From a virus: a stretch of 64,000 nucleotides of DNA. The translations under genes and the position numbers were made by a program. Of the stretch, positions 43,859 to 60,414 are shown in pieces; the first letter of the stretch is position 1, and each line of letters starts with the position of its first letter. The notes under the pieces are model-generated. The model ran no database searches and had not been told where the DNA came from. It saw nothing but the letters and a program-made list of their open reading frames with translations. Where the stretch lies: IMG/VR virus record IMGVR_UViG_3300021426_000096; one strand, written 5' to 3'.

Positions 43859-44059
43859 ATGACACAAGAAGTACAGATACAAGTATTGGAGGATGTCATT
43901 AAGGTGCTTACCAATTCAGACACAATTGATGAAGCCCTTGATAAATCCTTACAAATCATAAGAGAAGAAAAAGAAAAGGTATATCAAGAGGAAATTCCAT
44001 ACTCTGCTTATGAAAGATTAGAGGTATATGTTGAAAATCTTAAAAAAGACTTAAAATGA
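43859..44059 (+). CDS. hypothetical protein
   Basis: 66-aa ORF. Confidence 0.4.
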   Translation: MTQEVQIQVLEDVIKVLTNSDTIDEALDKSLQIIREEKEKVYQEEIPYSAYERLEVYVENLKKDLK

Positions 44060-44538
44060 TCGCAGAAGATTTCGTTAGTTTAGAGACTGCCAAACTCCTG
44101 AGAGAGAAGGGGTTTAAGAAGTGGTGTTATAAATGTTATGGTACTGCTGTATATCATAAAGGAGTACCCATCAGTTTTGATGAGGAATGTGAACTGAAAG
44201 ATGAAGGACATGGAGATGAAATTGAATATGTTGAAGGTGGGCATCTTTATGATTTCGGGTGTAATAACAGTGAAAAGGAAACAAATTTATGGGCTGCACC
44301 AACACTATGGGTGGCAATGAAGTGGATAATGGAGAAAGGGTTTTACATCTTTGTCCCCCTGGAAATTGATTATGATGAGGATGAGAGAGGAACTAAGTGG
44401 TATCATAATGCTACATATTATCCTGAAATAAGAAGGGTCTCTGACGGAAAGATAATGTATGATGATGGCAGACTTTATGCAAAACCAGAACAAGCATATG
44501 AAGTGGCGATAAGGTATTGTCTTGAAAATCTGATTTAG
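44056..44538 (+). CDS. hypothetical protein
   Basis: 160-aa ORF; ATGA overlap. Confidence 0.5.
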   Translation: MIAEDFVSLETAKLLREKGFKKWCYKCYGTAVYHKGVPISFDEECELKDEGHGDEIEYVEGGHLYDFGCNNSEKETNLWAAPTLWVAMKWIMEKGFYIFVPLEIDYDEDERGTKWYHNATYYPEIRRVSDGKIMYDDGRLYAKPEQAYEVAIRYCLENLI

Positions 44539-44650
44539 TTATGAGTGAGGAAGAAAAACAGCTGCTGCTTAAAGACCTTTGTGGAAGATATCCATATGTG
44601 GCTTACCCTATAAGCAAAGGAAGGAATGTATAACAAATAAGTACTAAAAT

Positions 44651-45157
44651 ATGAAAAAAGAAATAGAAATACCGGAAGGTTATGAGGCCAGAATTGAAGG
44701 GAACAAGGTTGTAATTGAACCAAAGGAAAGTGAGGATGAGAGGATAAGGAAGATGCTCATTGAGCAAATGAAGAGATGGAAAAAATGTGCAGAGGATAAT
44801 AATGTTGAACAAGATGTCAAAGATGCTACTGATGCTATAGCCTACCTTGAAAAACATAAAGAACAGAATCTGGTAGAGTGGAGTGAGGAAGATGAGAAAA
44901 AATTAAAGACTGTCATATCTTTAATGAAGTCAAGCCGTGCGGTGGATCCGTTTTATGATAAGATGTACCTTGAAGGTTGGCTCAAATTACTTCCAGAAAG
45001 GTTTAATTCACAGTATCATTGGAAACCTAGTGAGTATCAGATGAAAGCTCTGAAAGATGTGATTGACAGAGTACTTTTGACTTGCAGACAACAGGTCCCA
45101 TTAGAATCACTCTACAATGACTTAAATAAACTATTTGAGAATGAAAATACAATATAA
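44651..45157 (+). CDS. hypothetical protein
   Basis: 168-aa ORF. Confidence 0.5.
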   Translation: MKKEIEIPEGYEARIEGNKVVIEPKESEDERIRKMLIEQMKRWKKCAEDNNVEQDVKDATDAIAYLEKHKEQNLVEWSEEDEKKLKTVISLMKSSRAVDPFYDKMYLEGWLKLLPERFNSQYHWKPSEYQMKALKDVIDRVLLTCRQQVPLESLYNDLNKLFENENTI

Positions 45158-45479
45158 ATCACGCAAACAAGATATAGAATCAGACAAGAGATATCTTTGT
45201 TATAGGATAGACCCTTCTGAATTATCATAGTGGGAAAGGATTTTTAAAAATCCTTGGAAGAGTGTTTTTACATCATATCGTATTGTATTCAAGTATGATA
45301 AGGATGTAAATGATTGCCTGTGTTTTTTATTTTCTTTAAAAGAGGCACAGGAAATTGTTAAAAAATATGATACCTATGAAAAATTAACTGATTTCTTGAC
45401 AGATGAATATAATAAGGCATCAGACAGATTTCATAGAGCCCAGGAAAACTATAATAATAATTGGACTTTTTAATATATT

Positions 45480-45665
45480 ATGAAGAAGACATATGTTGTA
45501 CCAAAATCTGATTTGATTGAAATTGGATGTGAAGGAATTATTGCAAGTAGTGGTAGTAGTGTTGATGAACATTATTGCAGGTGTGATGAAAACTGCGGAA
45601 TCTGGCACACTTGCTTGGATAGGCAACTGTATAAGACCTGCTTTGATAAAAAAAGAAAATATTAG
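45480..45665 (+). CDS. Cys-rich small protein
   Basis: 61 aa, HYCRCDENCGIWHTC; followed by a terminator. Confidence 0.35.
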   Translation: MKKTYVVPKSDLIEIGCEGIIASSGSSVDEHYCRCDENCGIWHTCLDRQLYKTCFDKKRKY

Positions 45666-45677
45666 TTGATTATGAAT

Positions 45678-45710
45678 AAAAAAGGAGACTCTTGATTGAG
45701 TCTCCTTTTT
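45678..45710. terminator. bidirectional rho-independent terminator between convergent genes
   Basis: aaaaaGGAGACTCttgattGAGTCTCCttttt. Confidence 0.7.
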
Positions 45711-45772
45711 CTGTATAGAATTGAGATTATGTGTTATCAACAACGGTCCAACCAGATGGGATACCATTCATA

Positions 45773-48700
45773 TTAGTTGTCAGCAAGTCGGACTGTCCAA
45801 TTAACAGGAATACCATTCTCATTAGTTGTCCAACCAGACATACCCGATTTCTTTACAAATGTACCAACAGAAGCAACTCCAGACACCCAACTAGTAGTAC
45901 AGGCGCCTGCAGATACACTTGTTGCAAGACATTTGATGTAATTAAGACTTCTACAATTTTGGAACATATATCTATAACAATATGTTACTAAAGTAGAAGC
46001 AAGGAGATCAGGCGCTGTAGTCAATGTAGTACAACCTTTAAACATACTATAATAACATGCATTAACCAATGTAGTTGCCGGAAGTGCAGGTGCCGTAGTC
46101 AATGCAGTACAACCTTCAAACATGCTACAATAACAGTATTGTTTGAGTGATTTTGCTGGGAGTTCTGGCGCTGTAGTCAATGCAGTACAGCCAGAGAACA
46201 TATAATAATAGCAAAAATCTGTCATAGAGGTTGCTGGAAGAGTTGGTGCTGTAGTCAATGCAGTACAGCCAGAGAACATATATGCATAACAATATTTAGC
46301 TAATGTAGTTACAGAGAGAGTTGGTGCAGTGGTTAAACTAGTACAATTTTGGAACATACAATAATAAGCCTGATATCCAACACTACTTGGCATTATTAAA
46401 TTCTTCGCAGATACCACAGGAGTTCCCTTAAACAAATAAGGTTGAGATTCATTGGTACTGCGATATATTGAAGATAAATTACCACCTACTTCAAAACTGG
46501 CAGTTGTTCCTTGGAATGAACTATATAAATCTACATTGTTATCATATATACCCGCTCCAAACTTGAACTGCACAATGTCTCCAGCAACAACACTGATGGT
46601 GGTTCCATTGTCAGAAGAAACAATATTTGTCCAGGTTCCACCATTTTTAGAATATTTCAATGTTTTTATGCCACCAGAATTATATGGATCTTCTGAAGTA
46701 TTTATACAGTAATACTTCCAAGAGATATTACCATCACTTGTTATCTCAAATGTGAGAGGTTCATTAGAATAATCAACTTCAGCAGTCCATCCAGTTGGGA
46801 TACCACTTGTACCAGTAGTCCATGAGGAACTCAAAACTTTTACAAATGTACCCGTTGCTGCAACTCCATCTACCCAATCTGTTAATCCTGAACTGTAGCT
46901 GAGGTCCGTAGCTGAACACTTAATATAATTCAAATTACTGCATCCCTTGAACATATAAGAATAACAATTACTTGCTAATACAGCAGCAGGAAGTACTGGA
47001 GCTGTTGTTAATCCGGTACAACCATAGAACATGTTACAATAACAGTATTGTTTGAGTGATTTTGCTGGGAGTTCTGGCGCTGTTGTTAATCCGGTGCATC
47101 CGTAGAACATACTTCTATAGCATGCCATAAATAAATTAGTAGCTGGGAGTTCTGGAGCTGTTGTTAACGATGTACAACCTTTAAACATACAATCATAACA
47201 GTATTGATTAAGTGTAGTAGCAGGAAGTTTTGGTGCTTTAGTTAAATTAGTACAACCTTCAAACATATTTTCATAACAACCCCATTTTAGTGATGTTGAT
47301 GGAAGAATAAGATGCTCCGCTGATATTAATCCATCACAATCAACAAACAAACATGCATATTCCAAATTTGATGCATCGGCGGACATAAAATCATCCCCAG
47401 CAGTTAACGACATTATGTTTCCATAAACATCTACTTGGATAGATGACGATTTTATGTAAAAATAATTATAATATGATGTGTTACCACCAACATAATTACC
47501 TTTAACTCTTACTTTATCACCGGTAAGAACATCAATAGAGCCAGCAGCATATTTATTTGGGGTTATTTTCTGCCATTCGCCATTATTTACAGAACAATAT
47601 ATTGGATAAGCAGTTGCACCATTATCATTAATTTTCCATGTGATTCTTCCACCGGATTTAACATCAAATGTAAGATACTGCTGTGTATACTCATATTCAG
47701 TTTCACTATAAACATTCCAGCCTGAAGGAATACCACTTGCCCCAGTTGTCCACGAATCTATATTGTCTGCTTTAACAAATGTGCCTGTTTCTGCTACTCC
47801 ATATACCCATTTACCTGTGCAACTATCAGCAGATATATCTATTGCAAGACATTTGATATAATTAAGGTTAGTACAACCATTGAACATATAATAATAACAA
47901 TATTTTGTCAATGTAGTAGCAGGGAGTTCAGGTGCTGTTGTTAGACTTGTACAATTAGAGAACATATATCCATAACAATAACCTACCAATGTAGTAGCCG
48001 GAAGCTCAGGTGCTGTGGTTAGACTTGTACAATTAGAGAACATATAAAAATAACAACATGTTGCTAATGTAGTAGCAGGAAGAACTGGTGCTGTAGTTAG
48101 ACTAGTACAACCATAGAACATATATTCATAACAATATTTTGTCAATGTAGTAGCAGGAAGAACTGGTGCTGTAGTTAGACTAGTACAACCATAGAACATA
48201 TATTCATAACAATAGTCTGCCAATGTAGTAGCTGAAAGCTCAGGTGCTGTTGTTAGACTTGTACAACCAAAGAACATACTGGAATAACAATAGTCTGCCA
48301 ATGTAGTAGCAGGGAGTTCAGGTGCTGTGGTTAGACTAGTACAGCCATCAAACATAGACCGATAACAATAATCAACTAATGTAGTAGCAGGGAGTTCAGG
48401 TGCTGTGGTTAGACTTGTACAACCAAAGAACATACCGGAATAACAATAACTCACCAATGTAGTAGCAGGGAGTTCAGGTGCTGTGGTTAGACTAGTACAA
48501 CCATTGAACATACCCAAATAACACCCAGTTGCTAATATAGTAGCAGGGAGCGTAGGTGCTGTTGTTAGACTAGTACAACCATTGAACATATACCGATAAC
48601 AATAGTCTGCCAATGTAGTAGCAGGGAGAATAAGGTTTTCTGCTGATAATAATCCAGTACAATTATAGAATAAATATGCAAACGTATAAGATGATGATAA

Positions 48701-50926
48701 TGCAATTAAATTAGAGAAATTATCACCACCAATCAAAGACATTATATTACCATCTGTATCAAATGTGGCTGTTCCGCCAAATGAATTAGTATATCCATAT
48801 GAGTCACGTGTTGAATAAGCTGAGTTATTACCCTTGAATCTCACTTTATCTCCTGTGACAACAGGTATAGATACACCTTCTGTTGTAGATGTTATATCCG
48901 TCCATTCACCATCATTCTTTGAATAAGATATGGTTTTTGCAGTGGCTGAACTGGAATTCATCTTCCAAGTGATATTACCACTTGATTTAATGTTAAATGT
49001 AAGATAATTTAAAGGTATATTAAAGATATCATTAGTACTATTACTAACAACTTTGATTTCATCACCAGGATCAAAACCCCTTGCTGTAAATGTTGCAATA
49101 TTATTTGTCACATTCACAGTCTCAATCTCTGTATTATTGACATAAAGTGTCAATGAATCACCATCATTGGTGTAACACTTGATAACCCTATTTTCATATT
49201 TCTCATAATCCTTTCCACAGATATGTACAAACTTATCTGTCTGGTTCCACCAAGCCTTATAAAGATAGAATGTATCTTTCTTTGTCCTGTGGTCTCTCTC
49301 AATAAGACCCTTGTTATTGAGTCTTCTCAACTCATCATCAGTATATGAGTTCTCACCATCAAGACATACTGTATAACCCTCATTTCTGTTGGACACAGCA
49401 ATATCAAAGAACTGCCATTCACTTGTAAACAACAATTGAGGGAAGTTCTTGATCGCTGCGATATGTCCTTCGTGAAGCCACATCTGGTATTCAATGTCAT
49501 GTCTCTCATGGTTACCCCTTGTTGTGGTAGACATATAGTTTTCAGAGTGGCAGTGTTGTGTACCACCACAACCATATTCAGAATAAGCAATAGGTCTGTC
49601 AGGCACATTGTTAAGACGGGTATTAAGTTGTGATGTTGGGTTATTTGAAGATGTGTTTGAATACCAACCAACATAGATATTACAACCATACCAATCCATA
49701 TCAGCACCACCAACAGTTGACCTTGGATTACTACTACTAGCATTAAGCACACAACCAACCATACGTTCAGTATCATATTCCTTGATGATGTCCCTGAAGT
49801 GTTCAAGTTTAGTACAGGCAAATGCTCCACCATCACTATCCATCTGTGCATTGAACTCATTACCAAGTCCCCAGAACATAATACAAGGGTGGTTATAATG
49901 CTGTGTAACCATATCATAATACTGATCTTCAAGATGGGTATAATAATCTTCCGGTTGTGTTGATTTGATATTATTCACCAATGGGACTTCTGTCTGTACA
50001 ATGATACCCAATCTGTCACACCAATCATATACCTCCTTTGGGTGTGGATAGTGTGCAAGACGGATGAAGTTACAACCAACCTCATTAATCATTGCAAACT
50101 CCTGTGTGTAATCAGCATCATCAAGAGCATTGGCCTTTTCTTCAAGGTCATCATGCATACATACACCCCTCAATAAGTATGGAGAACCATTGAGAAGGAA
50201 TCCTGTGTATGTTTCATTATTAGGAAGAGTATAATTATATACATATGAATAATACCTTATACCATATCCTCTCTGGAATCTATGATAAAGGTCACCATTC
50301 TTATAGATTTCAAGAGTAACATCATAAAGATGAGGATTAATCTTACCATTCCAAAGGGTAGGATTGGTGATAGTAGTAATGAATGACATCTCCTCACCAG
50401 TACTTGGTTTCTCATCATAGTAGTGATAGTTACTGTCATCATCATCAATCTTACATACAACTGTTGCTCCAACAGGAACACTGGTCTTGATAGTAAGTGT
50501 TGCTGCTGCTGAAGACACATTAGTTGCTGTTATATGGAAACCATCATATCCATAAAACATATCAGGCATCACTGGACTGGTTATGACCTTCACCTTACCC
50601 AATGTGGCATTGAAGTTAAAGTCTGCTGAACAAGGGGCAAGGGTGCTCCTGGTTGTATTACACAATATAACCTTTATCTCATTTTCACCTGCATGTACAT
50701 ATTCACTGATATCTGTGAAGAATGCATTATATCCTCCCCAGTGGGTTGTTACCTTTACATTATCAACATAGATATCTGCTGATTGGTCAGCATGCTGAAA
50801 CCACAAATAGGTTGGCTGAACCTTTGGCAGATTGATTGTTGTTGTAAATGTGTAATTACCCTTTGAATAAGATGATGAATGTCCATCAATTCTATTAACT
50901 GAATAAGGTACTGTTATATTACTCAT
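45773..50926 (-). CDS. giant modular protein: N-terminal GH2 glycoside hydrolase + beta-sandwich units + BspA-type LRR arrays (candidate tail fibre / depolymerase)
   Basis: First ATG at 50926 (the track start at 50971 is TTG and overlaps the upstream stop). GH2 acid/base HYNHPCIMFWGLGNE and nucleophile PIAYSEYGCGG; then repeated MF.GCTSLTTAPELPATTL..YCY 26-aa units and NYIKC...GIP.GW caps. Confidence 0.8.
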   Translation of the reverse strand: MSNITVPYSVNRIDGHSSSYSKGNYTFTTTINLPKVQPTYLWFQHADQSADIYVDNVKVTTHWGGYNAFFTDISEYVHAGENEIKVILCNTTRSTLAPCSADFNFNATLGKVKVITSPVMPDMFYGYDGFHITATNVSSAAATLTIKTSVPVGATVVCKIDDDDSNYHYYDEKPSTGEEMSFITTITNPTLWNGKINPHLYDVTLEIYKNGDLYHRFQRGYGIRYYSYVYNYTLPNNETYTGFLLNGSPYLLRGVCMHDDLEEKANALDDADYTQEFAMINEVGCNFIRLAHYPHPKEVYDWCDRLGIIVQTEVPLVNNIKSTQPEDYYTHLEDQYYDMVTQHYNHPCIMFWGLGNEFNAQMDSDGGAFACTKLEHFRDIIKEYDTERMVGCVLNASSSNPRSTVGGADMDWYGCNIYVGWYSNTSSNNPTSQLNTRLNNVPDRPIAYSEYGCGGTQHCHSENYMSTTTRGNHERHDIEYQMWLHEGHIAAIKNFPQLLFTSEWQFFDIAVSNRNEGYTVCLDGENSYTDDELRRLNNKGLIERDHRTKKDTFYLYKAWWNQTDKFVHICGKDYEKYENRVIKCYTNDGDSLTLYVNNTEIETVNVTNNIATFTARGFDPGDEIKVVSNSTNDIFNIPLNYLTFNIKSSGNITWKMNSSSATAKTISYSKNDGEWTDITSTTEGVSIPVVTGDKVRFKGNNSAYSTRDSYGYTNSFGGTATFDTDGNIMSLIGGDNFSNLIALSSSYTFAYLFYNCTGLLSAENLILPATTLADYCYRYMFNGCTSLTTAPTLPATILATGCYLGMFNGCTSLTTAPELPATTLVSYCYSGMFFGCTSLTTAPELPATTLVDYCYRSMFDGCTSLTTAPELPATTLADYCYSSMFFGCTSLTTAPELSATTLADYCYEYMFYGCTSLTTAPVLPATTLTKYCYEYMFYGCTSLTTAPVLPATTLATCCYFYMFSNCTSLTTAPELPATTLVGYCYGYMFSNCTSLTTAPELPATTLTKYCYYYMFNGCTNLNYIKCLAIDISADSCTGKWVYGVAETGTFVKADNIDSWTTGASGIPSGWNVYSETEYEYTQQYLTFDVKSGGRITWKINDNGATAYPIYCSVNNGEWQKITPNKYAAGSIDVLTGDKVRVKGNYVGGNTSYYNYFYIKSSSIQVDVYGNIMSLTAGDDFMSADASNLEYACLFVDCDGLISAEHLILPSTSLKWGCYENMFEGCTNLTKAPKLPATTLNQYCYDCMFKGCTSLTTAPELPATNLFMACYRSMFYGCTGLTTAPELPAKSLKQYCYCNMFYGCTGLTTAPVLPAAVLASNCYSYMFKGCSNLNYIKCSATDLSYSSGLTDWVDGVAATGTFVKVLSSSWTTGTSGIPTGWTAEVDYSNEPLTFEITSDGNISWKYYCINTSEDPYNSGGIKTLKYSKNGGTWTNIVSSDNGTTISVVAGDIVQFKFGAGIYDNNVDLYSSFQGTTASFEVGGNLSSIYRSTNESQPYLFKGTPVVSAKNLIMPSSVGYQAYYCMFQNCTSLTTAPTLSVTTLAKYCYAYMFSGCTALTTAPTLPATSMTDFCYYYMFSGCTALTTAPELPAKSLKQYCYCSMFEGCTALTTAPALPATTLVNACYYSMFKGCTTLTTAPDLLASTLVTYCYRYMFQNCRSLNYIKCLATSVSAGACTTSWVSGVASVGTFVKKSGMSGWTTNENGIPVNWTVRLADN

Positions 50927-50958
50927 ATATATTAATTTTTTTCCTTTATTATATTTAT

Positions 50959-57420
<6,462 letters not shown>

Positions 57421-57508
57421 AACAGTTTATTATTTTTATAAATTATATAAGTTATTTATGGGTTTTAGTAATTTTTGTTATTTTTGTATTAGGATAAAAG
57501 ATTAAATT

Positions 57509-58330
57509 ATGGGTAAGATTTTTAGTAAAGTAGATTATGGTAATGGTTCAAAATATTGGTTCTTCTTTAATAGGGTGATAGCCAAAAAGATGGATACCTG
57601 TTTCTATCTATTGAAGAAACCAAAAGAAGGTGAATATATAGGTGATGATTGGTATGCTGGTTGGCATGACTGGAAGTTTGACATCTCTTATGAAGAGTGT
57701 GGATATGATTCAGGAAATGCTGAATTGAATATTAGTATTCTGGGGTGGCATTCTGTATTCAAACTCCCATGGAAGAGTAAGAGATTTCCTGACGGCGATT
57801 GCGATGCACCAAAGTGGGGTATCGCAATTCATAATGCAACACTCTGGATTTATAAAGGTGGTAATGGAAACTGGGGAGGAGGATCCAAGTGGTGGACCTG
57901 GGACATACCATTCTGGACAAAGATACATGTAAGACATGATGTACAATGTAATGTTGGAGATTATGACAGTGACCCTACACTCATAATGGTACCTTATGAT
58001 AACCTGGAGAGATATGTTGATGATAAATATATTCCTCTTGAACAGAATGAACTGGTCTATAAGTACCACTATGATTACACAGACAAGTATGATGGTAAGG
58101 TCATTCCTTGTACTTTCTGGGTTGAAGAAAGGGAATGGAGACCAAAGTGGTTGACATGGACAGGAAGATGGAAAGAGGTTGACAGATATATTGAGATTGT
58201 TTTCTCTGATGAGGTTGGAAGTAGAAAAGGATCTTGGAAAGGTGGTTGTATTGGATGTAGTTATACACTCAAAGAAGGTGAGACCCCTATGGACTGCATC
58301 AAGAGGATGGAAAAAGAAAGAAGTTTTTAA
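57509..58330 (+). CDS. Trp-rich hypothetical protein
   Basis: 273-aa ORF, diverges from the giant gene. Confidence 0.5.
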   Translation: MGKIFSKVDYGNGSKYWFFFNRVIAKKMDTCFYLLKKPKEGEYIGDDWYAGWHDWKFDISYEECGYDSGNAELNISILGWHSVFKLPWKSKRFPDGDCDAPKWGIAIHNATLWIYKGGNGNWGGGSKWWTWDIPFWTKIHVRHDVQCNVGDYDSDPTLIMVPYDNLERYVDDKYIPLEQNELVYKYHYDYTDKYDGKVIPCTFWVEEREWRPKWLTWTGRWKEVDRYIEIVFSDEVGSRKGSWKGGCIGCSYTLKEGETPMDCIKRMEKERSF

Positions 58331-58331
58331 T

Positions 58332-58706
58332 ATGGAAAGTGAATACACCAAAAGAATCAAGAAAAGGATTGGTGAAAATGTAGATGGTAGGACAGATTAT
58401 TTTGACCTTGACCATGAACAAACTATAAATACGATTAAGGAAAAACTTGCTGCTGGCAATTTTTCCTGTACATTTTGGACATTTGAATGGGGAGAAAAAC
58501 AACTTGCACAGGTTGATGAAGAACTAACAAAAGAAGGTATTGTCCATTGCTGGGATGAAGTGATGGATGCCTTTGTCTGCTTCAACTCTGTTGAGGATAT
58601 GAAAAACTTCTATATAAAATTGAGGATTGAAACCCCAGTTGAGAAACTGAGAGAGATTGCAGAGAAAGGATATAATACACCAGTAATAAAATTCTTTAAA
58701 AACTAA
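58332..58706 (+). CDS. hypothetical protein
   Basis: Start MESEYTKRIKK immediately after the upstream stop. Confidence 0.45.
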   Translation: MESEYTKRIKKRIGENVDGRTDYFDLDHEQTINTIKEKLAAGNFSCTFWTFEWGEKQLAQVDEELTKEGIVHCWDEVMDAFVCFNSVEDMKNFYIKLRIETPVEKLREIAEKGYNTPVIKFFKN

Positions 58707-58740
58707 TGTGTCCAAAATCATACAATGAAAAATAAAAGTT

Positions 58741-58923
58741 ATGAATAAATTTGATATAGACTCATTATTGATAGGATTGTCAGTGATCATACTGATCCTT
58801 GGTATTGTCCTGAATTTTTCTGTCCTATTTATCATTGGAATAATTGGTACACTTGTTGTCAGTGTAATTGATTTTAACAAGATGCCTGTTCCAAGAATTG
58901 ATGATGGTGATTCTGATGAATAA
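58741..58923 (+). CDS. small membrane protein
   Basis: LLIGLSVIILILGIVLNFSVLFIIGIIGTLVVSVI. Confidence 0.4.
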   Translation: MNKFDIDSLLIGLSVIILILGIVLNFSVLFIIGIIGTLVVSVIDFNKMPVPRIDDGDSDE

Positions 58924-58944
58924 ATTATTAAATATCAATTAATT

Positions 58945-59223
58945 ATGAAGAATTATACTATTGGTACATTCCTTTATGGAATACCTTCTAATGAAGTAGT
59001 TGCGAGTTATCATCCAGAAGACCAGAGGGTATTCATCTATAATGGTTACACTTCTGGTGATGGATATGGTATGTTGATTGGATGGGAAGATGGCAAACTG
59101 GTACACAGTACAGGTTGGGGAAACTTCTGCTGGGGTGGTGATGTTCGTCTTGCCACAGAAGAAGAGATTAAACAGTTTATGAACCAGGTCTACAACAATG
59201 ATGCAATTCATTATAGAATGTAA
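58945..59223 (+). CDS. hypothetical protein
   Basis: 92-aa ORF. Confidence 0.45.
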   Translation: MKNYTIGTFLYGIPSNEVVASYHPEDQRVFIYNGYTSGDGYGMLIGWEDGKLVHSTGWGNFCWGGDVRLATEEEIKQFMNQVYNNDAIHYRM

Positions 59224-59397
59224 TGGGACTCTATTTTAAATGTCACAAATGTGGTAAATATTTCATTGACCAGCAGGGTGAAAATGAAATTGATTATGAA
59301 AAAGGACTGTATAGATGTCCTGAATGTGATACAACACTTTCAGTAGATTCTGATAGTGTTGAATATGATTATGACTTGTTCAATAAGAAATAATTTT
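59224..59397 (+). CDS. zinc-ribbon small protein (57 aa)
   Basis: CHKCG...CPECD; below the track cut-off. Confidence 0.3.
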
Positions 59398-59426
59398 GGA
59401 ATTATCAGAAAAAGCAATTATATTTG
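59395..59426 (+). promoter_or_regulatory. Bacteroidetes-type promoter (variant -7 TATATTTG)
   Basis: TTTG 59395-59398, TATATTTG 59419-59426. Confidence 0.55.
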
Positions 59427-59433
59427 TAGTACT

Positions 59434-60096
59434 ATGAAGACATACAAAGAATATTACCAGATTGGATTGAGTCATCACCTTGATTGGAAATCAAAACAGG
59501 ATGAAGAGTGGTGGAAAAATAAGAATGATTTTGGTTACCTTGAATTAAAAGGTGATTTTATTGAGACTGTCAAGTTCCTCTCCATTGATGAGAAGAATGA
59601 TGCATCACTGTTCATCAACACAACCAATGTGAAGAACAGTGAGTGGGGCATACTTTTTTCCATGCTTGGTCAGGCACTTGTTGACTGGTGTGTGGAGAAT
59701 GTAAGTTGGAAAAACCTCTGGTCTATACATTTTCAAATAAAAAGGTCTATTGATGAGAATGGTATGAATTTCTATGTTCCTACCATCTCTGTGGAAAATT
59801 TCAAGATAGAAAAGAACGGAAAGTTCAAATGGAAAAAGTCTGAAAAAGAAACCAATGAGAGGAAACTCAAGAAGTTTGAGGAATGTAATGATTTCCTTTG
59901 CAAACTTGTTGTGGAGTTCATTGAGAGTCATGGAGTTGATATTCCCAATGACTGGAATGATTTTAGTTTTGGACTTGACTCACTCTGTGAAAGTTGTAAG
60001 TGGGGCGAGTGGGTTTGTGCATCTGATGGTTATATGAATCTTGGTAACTACAATGTAGAAGAAGGGGAGTATGACCAGTTTGTAGAATGTATGTAA
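59434..60096 (+). CDS. hypothetical protein
   Basis: Start MKTYKEYYQ after the promoter. Confidence 0.5.
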   Translation: MKTYKEYYQIGLSHHLDWKSKQDEEWWKNKNDFGYLELKGDFIETVKFLSIDEKNDASLFINTTNVKNSEWGILFSMLGQALVDWCVENVSWKNLWSIHFQIKRSIDENGMNFYVPTISVENFKIEKNGKFKWKKSEKETNERKLKKFEECNDFLCKLVVEFIESHGVDIPNDWNDFSFGLDSLCESCKWGEWVCASDGYMNLGNYNVEEGEYDQFVECM

Positions 60097-60097
60097 T

Positions 60098-60409
60098 ATG
60101 GGAATGACATATACATATAGTACTGGAAAGATTGAAAGAGATTTTGTCCTGAAGAAGGTAGATGGTAATTGTAATGTGGACAAAGAACACAACAAACCCA
60201 TTGGTGTGATGTGCCAGACATGTCCACACTTCATCAAGATGGAGACCTTCTATCATTCTCCAAAAGACCAATACATCCTGAATCTTGATTCTTATGGTAC
60301 ATTTGTGTTCTGCAAATACTATAAGGAGGATGATGAGGGTACACAAGATGTACTCTATAAACTGTATAATGATTTCAAGCATGAAGCATTGTGTCACTTT
60401 GATGATTAA
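60098..60409 (+). CDS. Cys-containing hypothetical protein
   Basis: 103-aa ORF; CQTCPHF. Confidence 0.45.
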   Translation: MGMTYTYSTGKIERDFVLKKVDGNCNVDKEHNKPIGVMCQTCPHFIKMETFYHSPKDQYILNLDSYGTFVFCKYYKEDDEGTQDVLYKLYNDFKHEALCHFDD

Positions 60410-60414
60410 GTAAT

